Shown piece after piece: positions 27,203-40,900 of a DNA stretch of 64,000 nucleotides. The translations under genes and the position numbers were made by a program. This DNA is from Blasia pusilla. Taxonomy: Eukaryota. Numbering within the stretch: the first letter of the stretch is position 1; each line of letters begins with the position of its first letter. Under the pieces are notes generated by a model. That model made no database searches, was not told the DNA's origin, and worked only from the letters and a program-made list of their open reading frames with translations. The DNA is taken from positions 21,390,001-21,454,000 of the forward strand of contig CM114271.1 in NCBI GenBank assembly GCA_050084515.1, written 5' to 3'.

Positions 27203-28229
27203 CTACGAAGTCAGAGCGAATTGGATAAATAACCACCACATCGTCTTCTCGGATGAGAGATTACTTGTGTGATAGAAGGTAGGACATGTAAAAAATTACC
27301 TTTGTGTGATAGGTGGTGTCAACCATGTCTTTCCTTCCTCACTTGGCACCACCAAATTTTCTGTTGTATTCTCCAAATACAGGTTTACATTTTATCTGCC
27401 GTCTTTATTTCTTGGCATGCGTACTTACTAATATACAATGCATTAATTTTTATTTTGGAACTGATAAGAAAAAATAGATTTTACGACCATTAAAATAGGA
27501 AATGATAACCGGGAAAGAAAGCATTTGATTAGGTAACTTCGTTATATAGTAAGAAATTGACCTCAAGGTTTAAACCCTTGGGAAGTCTAGTTAATCTAGC
27601 ATTCACAGTGTCAAGACGCACCTGTTATGCTAATATGCTCAACTGTGCGTATGGAATCTTCATCGGAAAGATCAAAAAGATGTATACCTGGAAAGAGAAT
27701 CTCCTCTCCTTTAAGTCCGTCACTAGTCAACGATTCTGTGAGGTTGGTAACTGCATGGAGACGGGAGTTACAGAACCGTAAGATGCGGTCAGATCTTTGA
27801 GCGAACTTAGAAGATGCCGTCAGACCCCAAGGCGACGAAGTTGGCTAAATCGTGTCCAACCCTTGGCTAACTCTTTCCGTCCAACCCAAGTTAGCCAACC
27901 CGCCCACCACTTGTCAGCTCAGGTGCGAGCGCGTAAGAAGAACGAACAGGTTTCGGCAGACGTCCAGGTGCTCTGAATCCGTCGGGGACGTGAAGCTGTG
28001 CCGGCCGTGTATGACTACAGTCACTGAATGTACAAGGTGTTCGTGAATCCCAACGAATACTTACGGGATGCCGGAAGAGAATATTATGCAATCGCAATGC
28101 AAATATTGACTAGTTTTTTCCCTTGGGAAAAAGGCCTCTTGATTGCCCCCTAAATTTTTCAGTTAATTATGTCCAACACCAATGATTCATTTCAGATTCT
28201 TTTATTCACCCTAAACCCTAATTCTACAA

Positions 28230-28444
28230 TCTATACTATTATCGGAGGAGCGATTTTCAAGTGGCGACACGGGATAATCCACCACGTGTCCTTTGACATG
28301 TGGTGGACTATCCCGTGTCATGGCATGGGCATTCGGATAGGGAGGGCATTCAAGAAGCATTCAAAGTTAAGGACCGGGACGTTTAGGGTTAGGGACTGTG
28401 GAGTGGACCATGCATTGCACGGTCTCCCCACGGGTCCTAACTAG
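28230..28444 (+). mobile_element. Complete 215-bp mini-Helitron
   Basis: A|TCTATACTATT...CCATGCATTGCACGG hairpin...CTAG|T, inserted in an AT dinucleotide with no TSD. Confidence 0.85.
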
Positions 28445-28599
28445 TGTCGGAAAACAGGAGGAATCAAGGTTGGGCCATAGACATAGTACAAGTGGTAAGT
28501 GTAAAGCTCACTTTGCATTCATGTTAGCATACACCTTCCAATTTTGGGGCACGCCTCAAACTATCCAACTATTACCCTTTAAAAAGAAATACTAGACAT

Positions 28600-29050
28600 G
28601 AATATAAACATGAATAAAAGTATATGGGGAAGCACATAGGAAGTACAAGGAGGGAAGGGGGGTGGACTCAAAAAGTTTGGGCACAGCAAGACCACATCCA
28701 TGGGGGAGAAAAAAAGGGGAACCCTCTAAACAATTGCCCTTTAGTGGCGTGAAATGATGATAAATGTGTCCATATTGTGGTGGGTTTGACGCAACTTGCG
28801 CAATGCAAGGGAGGCATCCCAAGGGGCTTGAAGGGAGGCCAACCTATAAGAGATTTTGGCCGTAACCCTTGTCCTTTCTTTTCCCATATACTTTAGAGGT
28901 TTACCGTATGCCAAGGTAATCCTTGTCACAATGAACTCCGAATATGGCATTTCACCTTCACATTCAACATATATGGAGACTTGGAGAGGCAAGGAGAGGG
29001 TGTAAGGTGCAAAATGGAAAAGGGTGTGGATTAATGCCTTTCTTTTGAAC
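28600..29050 (-). pseudogene. LTR-retrotransposon integrase relic
   Basis: Frameshifted RITLAY..GKER..WD/GCLPCI..GSPFFLPHG, resembling the end of a gypsy integrase core. Confidence 0.45.
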
Positions 29051-29324
29051 AATGCGGGTTCGTTAACTATACAACATATATGTTTCCAATAGGCCACTTA
29101 AGGAAATGCAAAAAATGATTGGAGTCTACAATTCTAAAAAGCTCAAAGATTCCAAACCATGAAACCTTGCTCATATTTGCAAAGAAAATGCTTTGCATGT
29201 TGCCTATGACCTCATGTTAAGAGTATTTGAGATGTCTTTTGCAAATAAGCCTCCTTCACAATGGCCATATATTGAGTCTTTTTTAAATCAAGCATGCGAT
29301 ATGCTCTTGGGACTGGAACAACCC

Positions 29325-29351
29325 CTTCTTCTTCTTCTTCTTCTTCTTCTT
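29325..29351. repeat. (CTT)9 microsatellite
   Basis: Directly visible. Confidence 0.9.
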
Positions 29352-32300
29352 GAAGCTAAACGTACGATAGTCAATCAAGGATCACTTTCTAGAAATATAA
29401 AGTAAACTCCATAATAATATGAAAATTTCCATAAATAGTAAGTTCATCAAACAGGCTCCAAATAGGCCTATATTGTTGCATGTTACCCTACACTTCAACA
29501 ATTCATCTATGGACTACTTGGTTCAATCGCAGACCTCTCCCAAAGTGCCGTGCGGATAATCTTACTCACGCTACCAAAGATGTAACAATTAGAAGGACAA
29601 TTTAGTACATGTAGTAGAGGAATACTTAGTTGTTTTGGACCAAAGGCAAACACAACTGATATGTGAAAGAGAATATATTTCTTCCTAATTAGGGCTTAGT
29701 ATGATGAATTGCTCAAGGGTATGGGAAGAGGTATTGGCTAAGATCTCATCCATGCAAAAATTAGGACCTAAGAATTCAAAAATCATGAAGAATTTATTCA
29801 ATCACTCGACCTCGTATCTCATTAAACGATAGGGATAAAGGCTCTACTTTGGCGAAGACATTGGTGGCTATACTAGATTTGAAATAGCTTTTACAACTAT
29901 CTCCATAAAGTGTAGACTTGTTTGTTTCAACTTTTCTTTTTATAAGAAATTGAATCTGGAGTATGTACAAGATTAATGCATATTTTTTCAATCTCAATGT
30001 AGGGAATAAATATAATGTTTAAAAAAATTTCTTCGCGAAGATCTTTCATCTTTAGATTATAGTGGATCGGGCCTTTCGAGGATGAAAAAGAAGCCGTCAA
30101 TATAACATGTTGTCGTTTGACTTTGGTTGAGATGAAAATTTTCGTGCGCATACACATCGTTTTCACCAAAGACACACTCGATCCTATGCTAACTAATGGC
30201 ATTGAAACATTAAAACATTAAGTACCAAAATATCTCCAATTTAAATCAAAGTTCACTCTCACAAATCTCTCTCTCTCTCTCAAACCAAACCCACTCTCCT
30301 AATGAAAGGCTTGGACTACAAACACAAGGCAAGGAGGACCATAGCTCCGCCGCCTCATGCCAAGAGGTTCAACAAAAACAGAACGAGTTCCAAAGCTCTC
30401 TCTCTTTGGGTAAACCCCCTTCCTTCTCCCAAGTTCTCTCTCTATGATAACCTATGCTTGTAGGTCATCTCCTTGGCTCTTGACTTGCTGTAGGGGGTCA
30501 AGGGTCACTTCCCAAAGTAGAAATTAAACTATATTCAAAATGATATCTTACGTGAAATAGTAAGTTTCTCTATATGGCTCCAAATGAGCCGCAACAAAGG
30601 GGAAATGTGATCTCTCATGTTACCCGTGGCCTCAATAGGTCATTTTTGACCTCTTGAGGTTGTCCTCCATTATCCTAGAAGGGCGCTCTACTAGATCTTG
30701 TCGATCTATTTTAAAAGAGGTGACAAAACTTTAACCGTAGAGAGAGGACATTTGGCTGCCATCTTAAAGTTATAGAGAAAATAACCTAAAATCACTAAAG
30801 TAGATCAAATACCAAAATTGAGCTCTACTACAAGACGATTTCACAACTTAACTTCATTTTGGGGTTAAGTTGTGAAATTAGTCATTGAGACTGGAGAGTC
30901 ACACATTGTCTTCTCCACAATCAACTTCTCAGGGATATATTAAACTTCTAGTAGTATCTTGGGAGGTATCCATTTGATAACAAAGTACATCAAGGTTATT
31001 TGGAAGAAGATCAATGTTGGCTTTGATTTGATCTGAGCTTCTTAATTTTCATGCCTTCAAGCTTTATCAGGGAAGTAACAAGTACCCCACACAAGTCATG
31101 CCTTCTACTATAGCTTAGAAAATTATCTCTTGGATGGCTTGTGCCTTACTAATTTTTGTATGAAACTTTTACCACTATATGCCATTAGCCCTTATTTCCA
31201 TAATTCACCGCAAGTAGAAGAGCTTTCCACAACAGGATCAAGTTTCTAGTTGCCTTATGAGCAACACTTTCTCGAGGTCCATGCTTGTGCTCCACAAGGA
31301 ACATCTATACATCACCTAAATGTAACTCTACATGAGATATTTGCTTCTCAATGCTCTTGAATCTTGATCTCAAACTCATATGTGGACAAGCCCATAAATT
31401 TATCTCCACCTTGCCATAAAATGTATTTGTGGAGGTTCATAGGCATGGAATCATCAACATCAACGTTGAATTTAGATGCAAAAAAAACCCTCCACTTTGT
31501 AAGCGAATTTTTTTCGCCACGTATGAGATCATTTCCTCCTTTCATGCACCCTCAAGGCTCTATTTTCTTGTTGAAAATTCAGAGCAAATTCTATTTGCTC
31601 TGAATTTGCAAGCAAGATAAGGGTATCAACATATGTACTTCGTTGGAAAGTACTTGCATGACCATCGCCTTTATCCAAGTGGGAGGGAATTCCAAATTTT
31701 TTCCCCGCTTCATCGCCAACTCAATTCACTTGGATATAGGGATTTGTCCAACCCTTGGCAACATTTCTTCAAATTTCGGCTCTTGCCCACAAAAATTTCA
31801 CCAAGATGGCACAACAAAAGCAACTCTCGTTTAATTTTAACCGCTTGTACAATGTTAATGTTTTAGCCACCGATCCCTTCTTGACATCCTTATAACCTTT
31901 CCCGGAAGTTTTCGACATTCTACCATTGCATTATTCACTCCCTCTAGTCAATATTTTGTACTCTGCCCATAATCAGCTTCCTAGAACTTACAACATGTAA
32001 ACCCCATTTCACCAACACCCTAAACATGCTAACACAATGGGGGGGGCTAATGAGGCACGATTAGTTCCCATGGGACCCACGGGGCTACTTGAGCAATAAT
32101 TTTATAGTTTCAAGGGCAACATCCAAGCTCTCAAAATTGAGGCGAAAATCAAGTGATTTTAGACATGTGGGGGTATCTTTTTGCGCCTTTTCCAAACTTT
32201 GCGGCTTTTCCAGACTCGAGAAGGATTGAATTGAAACTTTAATATTTATCGGAAGAGATCCTTTATAGATCCCTTTTAATACCTTTCCGTGGGAATGTCA

Positions 32301-33844
32301 AATGAAATTTTGGGCCTCAGATAGTCCTTCACCGTAAATGCACAAAGTGCAAGAAGCGAAGGAATGTGCGCTCTCATTGGCCATTTATTCCACGTGTGTG
32401 GCGGAAAAGAGCGACCTTTGAGAATATGACGAAATATGCTCTCAACGAGAACATAAACCGGCCGTTTCTAACGATCTCGTTGAACAGCTATCGCTATTTT
32501 CGCCGGTCACAGGGTACTTATTCGAGAATATTCTGTCGCGAAACCAGGCGTCTCCCGGGCCAACCCGGTGACGCCGGTTGGCGAAACAAAAAGAAACGCG
32601 AAGTATCTTTTTTCCTATTCTACGGATACGACGGGAACGTGACTCATCCATCCATGAACAGATTCCACACCGGGATGGAGTAGGTTGGAGTCCGTTCAAC
32701 TCCGTTGGACTCCAATCACCCTGCCTTCCCGACAGTTTGCAGGAAACACGTGAAAGTGCCGATGTCGGAATCTGTGTCCGTCATCACGCGGCCGACATGC
32801 TACCGTCGGAGTCTGTCGCGCTTTTTGTGGATACGGATTACGAATATACGGCGACAAGAACATAAAATAAAATCAGGCCTATGGATTTACAGCTAATATT
32901 AATCCATTGGTTTTTCTCGCCAAATCCCAGTGGGAGAGTATTTTTATTTTATTCATAATATCCTCTGTTCGGAGTTTGAATTTCCGAGATAGGTGACATA
33001 CGCACACAGCGAATCATCTCCTTGCGACTGAGGCTATTATCCGGAAGTGAAGATTCATTCGGCTGCTTATTATCCAGCTGCGTTGGACAAAAACCACTTC
33101 CCTACTCCTCATCTTTATTTCTCCTTACCACTGGAAAAAATAATATTCTATTTTTTATTATCTCTATGTCATACTATGATGTGAAGAGGGGAATTTTTTT
33201 ACGCTCCTAAGAAGTGAACCCCTTCCTGAAACGGTGGGCTCCTTCTAAAATATGAACTTTTTGTTTAGTGAACACTCGTTACCACAAAAGTGGACCATAC
33301 GGACTCTAGTGACAATACGATTGGACCTCTTTTACCATCCTCACACATTTCTCCTACCAATTGGGCTTGCTATCAAATTCACCCTCTCATAAAATTGAAC
33401 AATAGGTGTAGAGGAGCCACATTTAGTGACATCGGAGCCTCCATGAGATATGCCATAGCTATGTCAAGAGGAATATTTGGCTAAGCTACTATCAAGAGGA
33501 ATAATTGATTGCGAGGTAAAATTGAGGTGACTAAAAAATAGCCTTGTTTTATTTTTTTTGCATTGTACTTCAATTTTTCCTTGATACATTGTATGTCTCT
33601 ATCAATTTGTAGCTTGGTAGAGTTTGCCCCTGGATATCATTGTTAGTTAAGCATTTGCTCTATCTTTGCGGGTGAAAATTGAAGGGAGAGAGAGGTGAAG
33701 GTTCTAGTTTGTTCACATCATTGCTTAAGCCTAATGAAAAAATTAGTTTCGAAGTCTTCCATCACAAGAGACTCTTTTGGAATTTTAGCATTTGCAAACT
33801 TTCTATTTTCTCTTGATCCTCCTCTTCTTCTCTTCGTTCTTGAC

Positions 33845-34687
33845 ATATCTGCGACTCGAGAAACCTGGGCCAAATAGAAACCAAGAGTTGAGTTGAGTCG
33901 AGTCTAGAAGAGTGGGTTGCCAAAAACAATGAGAACCAAAATTGGAACTTGACTAACTTTTGGTGTTTCACTGTGTTTTAGGTCATAATGGCCAGAATCG
34001 AGATGCATTTGGGACAAATAAGGTGGCGTTGGAAATCTTATGCAACGTCGATTCCAACGTAGCACAGATCTAGACAAATATATATTAAGAAAAGATCAAG
34101 AAACTGCCCAAAAATTGTCCGAAGGATAGTTGGGTTCAGGGCCAAAAGGAGGGGCCTGATAGTACTTTCCCAAAAGTACGGGGAGATCAGAGAACCCCAT
34201 AATTATATAGAAAGGGAGTCTCCAAGGGTTCTTGGGACCTGAAATCCACTTCGAAGAGCACGGGGCGAACCAAGGGCAGGGAATGGATTGGGAGGTTGGC
34301 GTTGGGGTATGAATACCAAGCCAAGTCTAAGGGAGTGAATTTTGGAGGTCATCCTTGGATTCTAACCTGTGACTCTATTCTTGGGTCTCGATTAGGGACT
34401 CATGCAAGATCCATTGGATATTGGAGACCTCTACACATGCGAGCGCCGTTTTAGACTATCCATAAAGTATATCCCACGTTTAGGAAGACTTGCCCGTGTT
34501 GGGAAGTGAGAAGTTAGGACCTACTGAGCTTGATGTATGGCCATGTTGAGAGCTCGATGAGTTGGAAGGCTGGTGGACTTGAACCAAGACTATTAAGAGT
34601 GTGTTTGGGTGCAGATTAGCAAAGTGGGTGTGACCTAGTAAATGTACACTTCAAAGATTGATGTTCAAGAGGAGTAGGTGTACGACA
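33845..34687 (+). mobile_element. Diverged, 5'-truncated LTR of family A
   Basis: Colinear with 5830-6690 and ends GTTCAAGAGGAGTAGGTGTACGACA. No PBS follows. Confidence 0.8.
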
Positions 34688-37600
34688 AGTTTACTCACAA
34701 GGCAAGGAGCACCATAGCTCCACCCTATCATGCAAAGGAGGTCCAAAAAAGAGGAAATGAGCTTCCAAACTCTCTCTCTTTGAGGTATACGCTCTTAAGC
34801 TCTCCCCAAGCCCTCTTCTTATTGTCTTGCATATGCAAATCACCTTCTTGATCCTAAACTAGCCACAAAGAGAGAGAGAGTCAACTCTCTAATACTTGGG
34901 AACTAACTTCTTAAAATGGGTCCAAATGAAATGGGAAACCTACTCTTACGAGTTACTCTATTCCTTAGGCCTCCTCAAACACATGCCACGGATTGCAAAC
35001 ATGGAAGCAAGTAGTTAATAGTTACCAAAATATTTCCAATCTCCCCCCTAGTTGGAGATTAGATCCTTCTAAATAACTCCAAATAGTCACGGGCCTCGGC
35101 GGGCTAAGAGATCCTTTACTAAAATTCATATTTATAGCCTCTATAAATAACACCCTTTTTCTTCCTCTTTATGTAATCTATCCACATGGATTCTATCATT
35201 TTCTCACCTGTTTAACTTGTTTTTTCCTCTTCCTCCTTACTCGTTGTGGTTTGGAATTTATTGGTTCTTTGAATTTTCTTTTCCTGTTGAGGCGAATTCT
35301 CCAACGTCTTTTCTCACCAGTATAATTTTTTTTGTTACAGGTGGAGAATAGTAGAATACTAAGCTCCGGATACGGATAAGAGATTTAAGCGTATACATCC
35401 GATAGCACGGACGTGGAAAGCACCGTGCAATAGACTTAGAGTCCGTAGGCCTCATTGTCGCGGAGCAGTTGAAATCTGGGAATTTTCATTCGCTGGAAAT
35501 TAATAATATTATTACGATCCGCTGTATCTACGCCTCTGCATTTCCCATTGGGTAGATCGGTGGGACTTGGACGTCTGATTGGTCGCGGTACCTCTCTTTG
35601 GACTGCCGAAACCAAGGGCACCACGTGCACACTGCACACACAGCAGAAAATCTGGAACCAGCCAGGACAAGCCTATGGTGTGTCCACTGACTCGACTATG
35701 TCCCGTCCCGAGCCAACAGTAGTAAAGCACAGCACAGCGGACGACGGGTTTGCGCGATCAGTCCGCAGTTTATCCCGTTTGCTTCCCAGGAGATGGACTA
35801 CATGCGGTACTACGTGGAATGGGTCCCCGTGCTCGTCACCACTTAACACGTCGGAAAATCCCCGCATGGCTAATCCTGCAGCGATTAGGCGATACAGTCA
35901 CAGCGCGCTTATCACTACAGTTGACGTCCACCTTCGCAACCCCACTGCTACTTCCACCTGTCCCAGCGGCGAGCACCAAACCTGTAGTATTCCCTGGCCA
36001 GTCCACCATCACGAGGCCTTTCACCTCACCCGGAGAGGCCTGGTAGTAGTAACATGTGGCAAGGGATTCGTCCATTCTCCGCTCCGCCTCATCGGAAATC
36101 GTGACCGTCCACCCGAGAGATCTAACGCTCAGTATTCTCTTGCTCTGGATCTCTCGAACGAATCACATGCAATCCAGCTTTAAATTAATCTTATTTCGGA
36201 AAGAACAAACCGAGATTTCCAGCGTTCCGGAGACCTGCCAACGTTCAAGAGCAACGCAAAGATGCTCGTGAAACTTCCGAGCCTGCCCAGGGAAAATTCA
36301 CCGGTCCGAGATGGCCCCATGAAGTATATCCGTCGGTATTTGGACTGAAGATGTGGTGGGGCCAGATGGACTCGGTGTAGTGATTCTTGTTCTTGTCTTA
36401 CGCCACGGTGGTATGGCGGTGGGGCGAGCACATGACAGCATGGAACCTAAGATAAGGAAGCGATCGGCGGAGGTTCGCCGCGGTAGGTGAAGTACTTTGC
36501 CACCTTTTACGGTGGAGAATGTCGGACGGCTATCTGCACTGCTCACGGAGTCGTCGCTGTGTAAAGCGGCGTTGGATCTCGTGGAGAGACGTGGCCACTG
36601 CGTGCACCGAAGTTTAACGACGACCCGGAGGGCGAGGGCACCGCTCTGAGAGCCACCGATTAGAAGTCAAGATCCACGCTCCTGTGGAAGGATTTCCTAC
36701 ACCGAAAGAAACTCGGTCACTTGATTCGGGGATGGTCGATCTATGGTCCTCTCTGCGTCGTTGTAGTCAGTGCTCGGGGAGTTTTCCGTGTGTCCAATCG
36801 AAGCCATCCCGATTTAACAATACAAAGAAGTTACACAAATCCATCAAGTTTTTTAAGAAGTCCTCAATTTTAAGCCCTTACTTAAGTTACTACTTGTAAA
36901 CCCCGGTCTCCCCCAACATTGGTTGTAGTTCTTTCTTAGTTTGGGAAAAATATATAAAATAAATTCAAGAATTGGAAAATGGAAAATTTGAAACAATATT
37001 TCAATTTAAATTTAGAAAGGGGTAATTATGCTTATAATTTTTTTTAAGAAAATGAAGTTTTCTCAAAAAACGAATTTTAGGAGAATTACTTTCCAAGTGT
37101 ATTTCCTCCCTATCTCTATTGTCTGTCAGGATACAAGCTACTCACTTTCTAGAAGTTAGAAAGTGATACAAAATTCTGGATTCCATAATGGTCACTTAGC
37201 GATGTATTTTAGTCGAAGGAGCTTGATCCAAGTAATTGAGAGAAAACAAGGAGCTAGGAGGAGCCCCTCTTCGGAATCCGGGTTTCACCCAAATGGAAGC
37301 TCCAAGATGTTGGTCAAACCTCTATGCGGACAATGTATAAAAGGGGTGGTAATTCAATGCATGTAGCTCAAAGTTACTTGACTAATGCCATGGTTTGAAG
37401 TTTGGAACCTAACAATTGTCTTTCTTGGTACCAGTGAATGACCCATGCCATGCACGGGAGTGACGATACTAATCATGCCGCACAAAAGTTCAAAATTTTC
37501 TTTGTTGCATGTAATATGAGAAACACTTTCTTGCTGCCTAGTTCCTATATGTCAAAAAATAGGTGTTTGCACATCAAGAAGACACTCTCCAATAATAACA

Positions 37601-37938
37601 TAGATAATTTGGGAATGCTTCACAAAGTAGAGGGCCAAGATCAAGGTTTCACCGAAACAAAAAGTCCACGGACATGCCGCTTGGATACTCGTGTCTCGCA
37701 TTTGAGCCCGCCCGTGAGCCTCTTGAGCCTTTCGAGCCCGTCGCGCGCCCTTGAGCCCGCAGGCACTGCTAGTCAGGTGCGTAGGGCGGATTGAGGGCGC
37801 GTAGCCTGTGCGCGGGCTTTGCACGAGCCACAAAATGGGTGCGAGCTCGGGTGTATGTGGCGGGCTCAGGTGGGCTCGAGTGCGGGCCGCGGGTACACGG
37901 CCCTGCACGGACATGTCTCTCCCTAGGACAGACATAAG

Positions 37939-40900
37939 CAAGGTTGCACAAAAACAGACAAGTCCTTCCATGGGACCGACATGTCCACATACATGGAAAA
38001 CCGGTCGCGAGCCCCAATTTTTTGGGTGTCCCAATCGATTGTGCGTGCTCCACTTGCGGAAATAGGTTTGGGCTCGGATAAAGGGTGTGGGCTAAAGGGG
38101 GCCCACAGGCGTAACGTGGGATGAGGACCGACCTAACACAGACTGAGGGTGAGCTCCCTCGCGAGCCTAGCGGGTTTGGGGTGGTCTAGGCACGAGCTGA
38201 ATGCGGGCTGGGGGTTGGCCAGGAGCGGGCACCCGCACAGGCTTGAGGGCTAAGGACGGGCCTATCACAAGCTAGGCGGGCTGCGGGTCGGGCAGGCCTG
38301 GCGCGAGTTGGGGGTGGGCCTATCGCAGATTTGGCAGGCTGGGGGCTGGCCAATTGCAATCATGGTGTGGGTTGGGGGGCGGGCCTTGCGGGCTAAGGGC
38401 TAAGGGTGGGCCTATCGTGGGCTTGGCGGGCTGGGGAAGGGCGTGGCACGAGCTCTCATGAGGGATTGCGGGCTTACAGGCAGGATATGGCACGGGCTTT
38501 GCGTGGGCCCAAGAGCCTGTGGGCAGGCTAGATGCAAGTGAATGGTGGGCTGAGGGCGCGCCTCGTAGGCTATTGGCGGGTTGATGGCGAGCAGGCAAGC
38601 ATACCTATTGCGGGCGTGGCGGACTAAATGCGCGCTTGGCGGGCTGAAAAAGAGATAGGTGGGGATGAAGCGCGGTCCTAGTGGGACTTAAACACAATTT
38701 GTGTATGGGGGAGGGTGCTTGAAGGGTAGAGGGGTTGGAGAAAAAAAAAGAAATGAAAGTAGGGTAGTTGTATTAGAGAATAGGTTAGTTTCAACTGAGA
38801 GTAATTGAAGAATAATTGAAGAAATGGGGATAGTATTGGTGGAGAGAGGAAGGAGAATGTTAAAATAGAATTGAAGAGGGTGGTTGAATTGGAAAATAAG
38901 TTAGTTGGAAATAAAATATGGTGAAGAAGTTAGGATAGGTAAAAAAGGAATGGGATAGGAGAACAAAATCAGATTTGCTAAATGGTGATTGGTGGAGATG
39001 GTTTAGGAATAAATTGTAAGTGGGGGTAGATAATTTGGGAAGTTAGAAGGGTTCATTCTATTCCTTCCATCCTCTCCTATATAAACTTGCTAATTTTTTT
39101 TAAACCGCACAATATGATTCCTCCCTTCACGTCTTTCTCTCTCTATTCTTTTGTGGAAGTTTTTTTCTTCATAGATGGTTGAAATTTGATAAGTGAGAAT
39201 ATGTTTTGCCACTGGACAACCCTGATAATTTAAGGTATCTCACTTATCTAGGTTAGCATATTGATCTTTCTTGTTCATAGTGAGTGTTCCAAGTTTGTTA
39301 TTCGAGTATTCACAGACAATATTTTATGTAATTTGCATACATTTTTTTGGTCGATATATCCTACTATTGATATTGTAAAATTATAGCGAATTATCCAAAT
39401 GTTGTTGGGTGGGATTAGTGTCTACCTGTAGTCATGACCAAAGCAAGAGAACTCCAATAGATCGTGAAGGAACATTGGGAAGAAGTACAGATGGAAGCTG
39501 GAACATCAAGCAAATGGTAACGTAAGTATTGTTCCTATTATTTGAAAACCTATCATAGTATGCGAATGGTGGAGCATTTAACATGAGAGAGACAAAAGAA
39601 AAAGGATGGGAATCAAGATATCCATCATACCAAATTATGTGTGAAGATCCCTCCTAGTGTGCAACGGGATCTTCGAAATAGGGTACTTATGGGAAATGGA
39701 CAAAGAAGGAAGGGAGACCCTCGAATGAAGTGGAGGAGACGACGCCATTACAAATAGGTTTGCAAAAGACATGAAATAGTATTAAATTTTATGTTGTATC
39801 AAATGTTGATGGGATTGAAGATATGCCATCGTGTGATAGTTTTGAGGAATTCAGAGGAGTTGTAGGGCTGATTCGAGGGAATAGTAGTACTAGGAAGAAG
39901 CAAGCCGATCTGATGGATTCTTTCAACATCCAAGGAATAAAAGTTGCAAATGAAATGTGGGCGAAGTGTTTCTACGAATATGGAATAACATTCAATGTAG
40001 TACGGCAAGATGCTCAAATAAATAGTGTTGGCAACAACAAAGGTGAAGGGCTACTCAGGTCCTAATTACCATTCGTTGCACACCACCCTACTTGACAAAC
40101 ATATGGGGAAGATGAATGAAAAGTTTGATGGCATATTGGATAATTTGCATTCGGGGGCCACGATCATCACGGATTCTTCGACCAATGTGATGAGTGAGTC
40201 TCTAGTGAACATCATGGTCTCGTGTCCACAAGGTGGGGTCATGATTGAGTCAGTAGACACCAACGGAGAATCCCAAAGAGCGGAATGGTTGGCATGTTAT
40301 ATAGAGAGGACTATCATGCGCATCGGTCCAGAGAATGTGTTGCAACCTATGACAAACAAGGCTATCAATGAGCGAGCAGCTGGGAAACTTCTTCAACAAA
40401 GTTTCCTCATATTCTTTGGGATGATTGTGTGTCACATTCTCTTGATCTAGTACGCAAAGAATGGGATAAATGGCCTTGGGTGGATAGGATTTTTGCACAA
40501 GCTTGTGAGATGGTAGTATTTGTGAAGAATAGAACTTGGATGATGGCCAAATTCATCAAAACCAATCTAGTGAAGACTCCTCCAAACGCATGCTTTGCCA
40601 CAAACTCTCATGTTGGGACGTGTCTTAGAATTGAGGGAGGCGTTCCATGCCATGGTTGCCACAAATTCTTTTAGGGAGTATTTCAATGGGAGGGATGCGA
40701 GGCAAAGGGAGAAGGCACGAGAGATTGAGACTATTGGGGCGAATCACAATTTTTGGATAGAAGGTGAGTTTTTTGTTGTGGCTTTTCCAACCATTATTCT
40801 ATTGAGAGAGTGTGTTGGTCATTAAGCAATGACGGGGCATAGATAATGGCCGTATATTTGAGATAATGGAAGAGACATATTTTTTTTTGTAACAATATCT

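Noticed and set aside
30900-31950. Possible transposase relic on the minus strand
   Set aside because: Too decayed; no diagnostic motif could be identified.
35548-36183. 211-aa ORF as a protein-coding gene
   Set aside because: Non-ATG start, no recognisable motifs, and overlapped by similar ORFs in other frames.
36338-36352. miR319-like TTGGACTGAAG
   Set aside because: The match ends after 11 nt and no star arm is seen.
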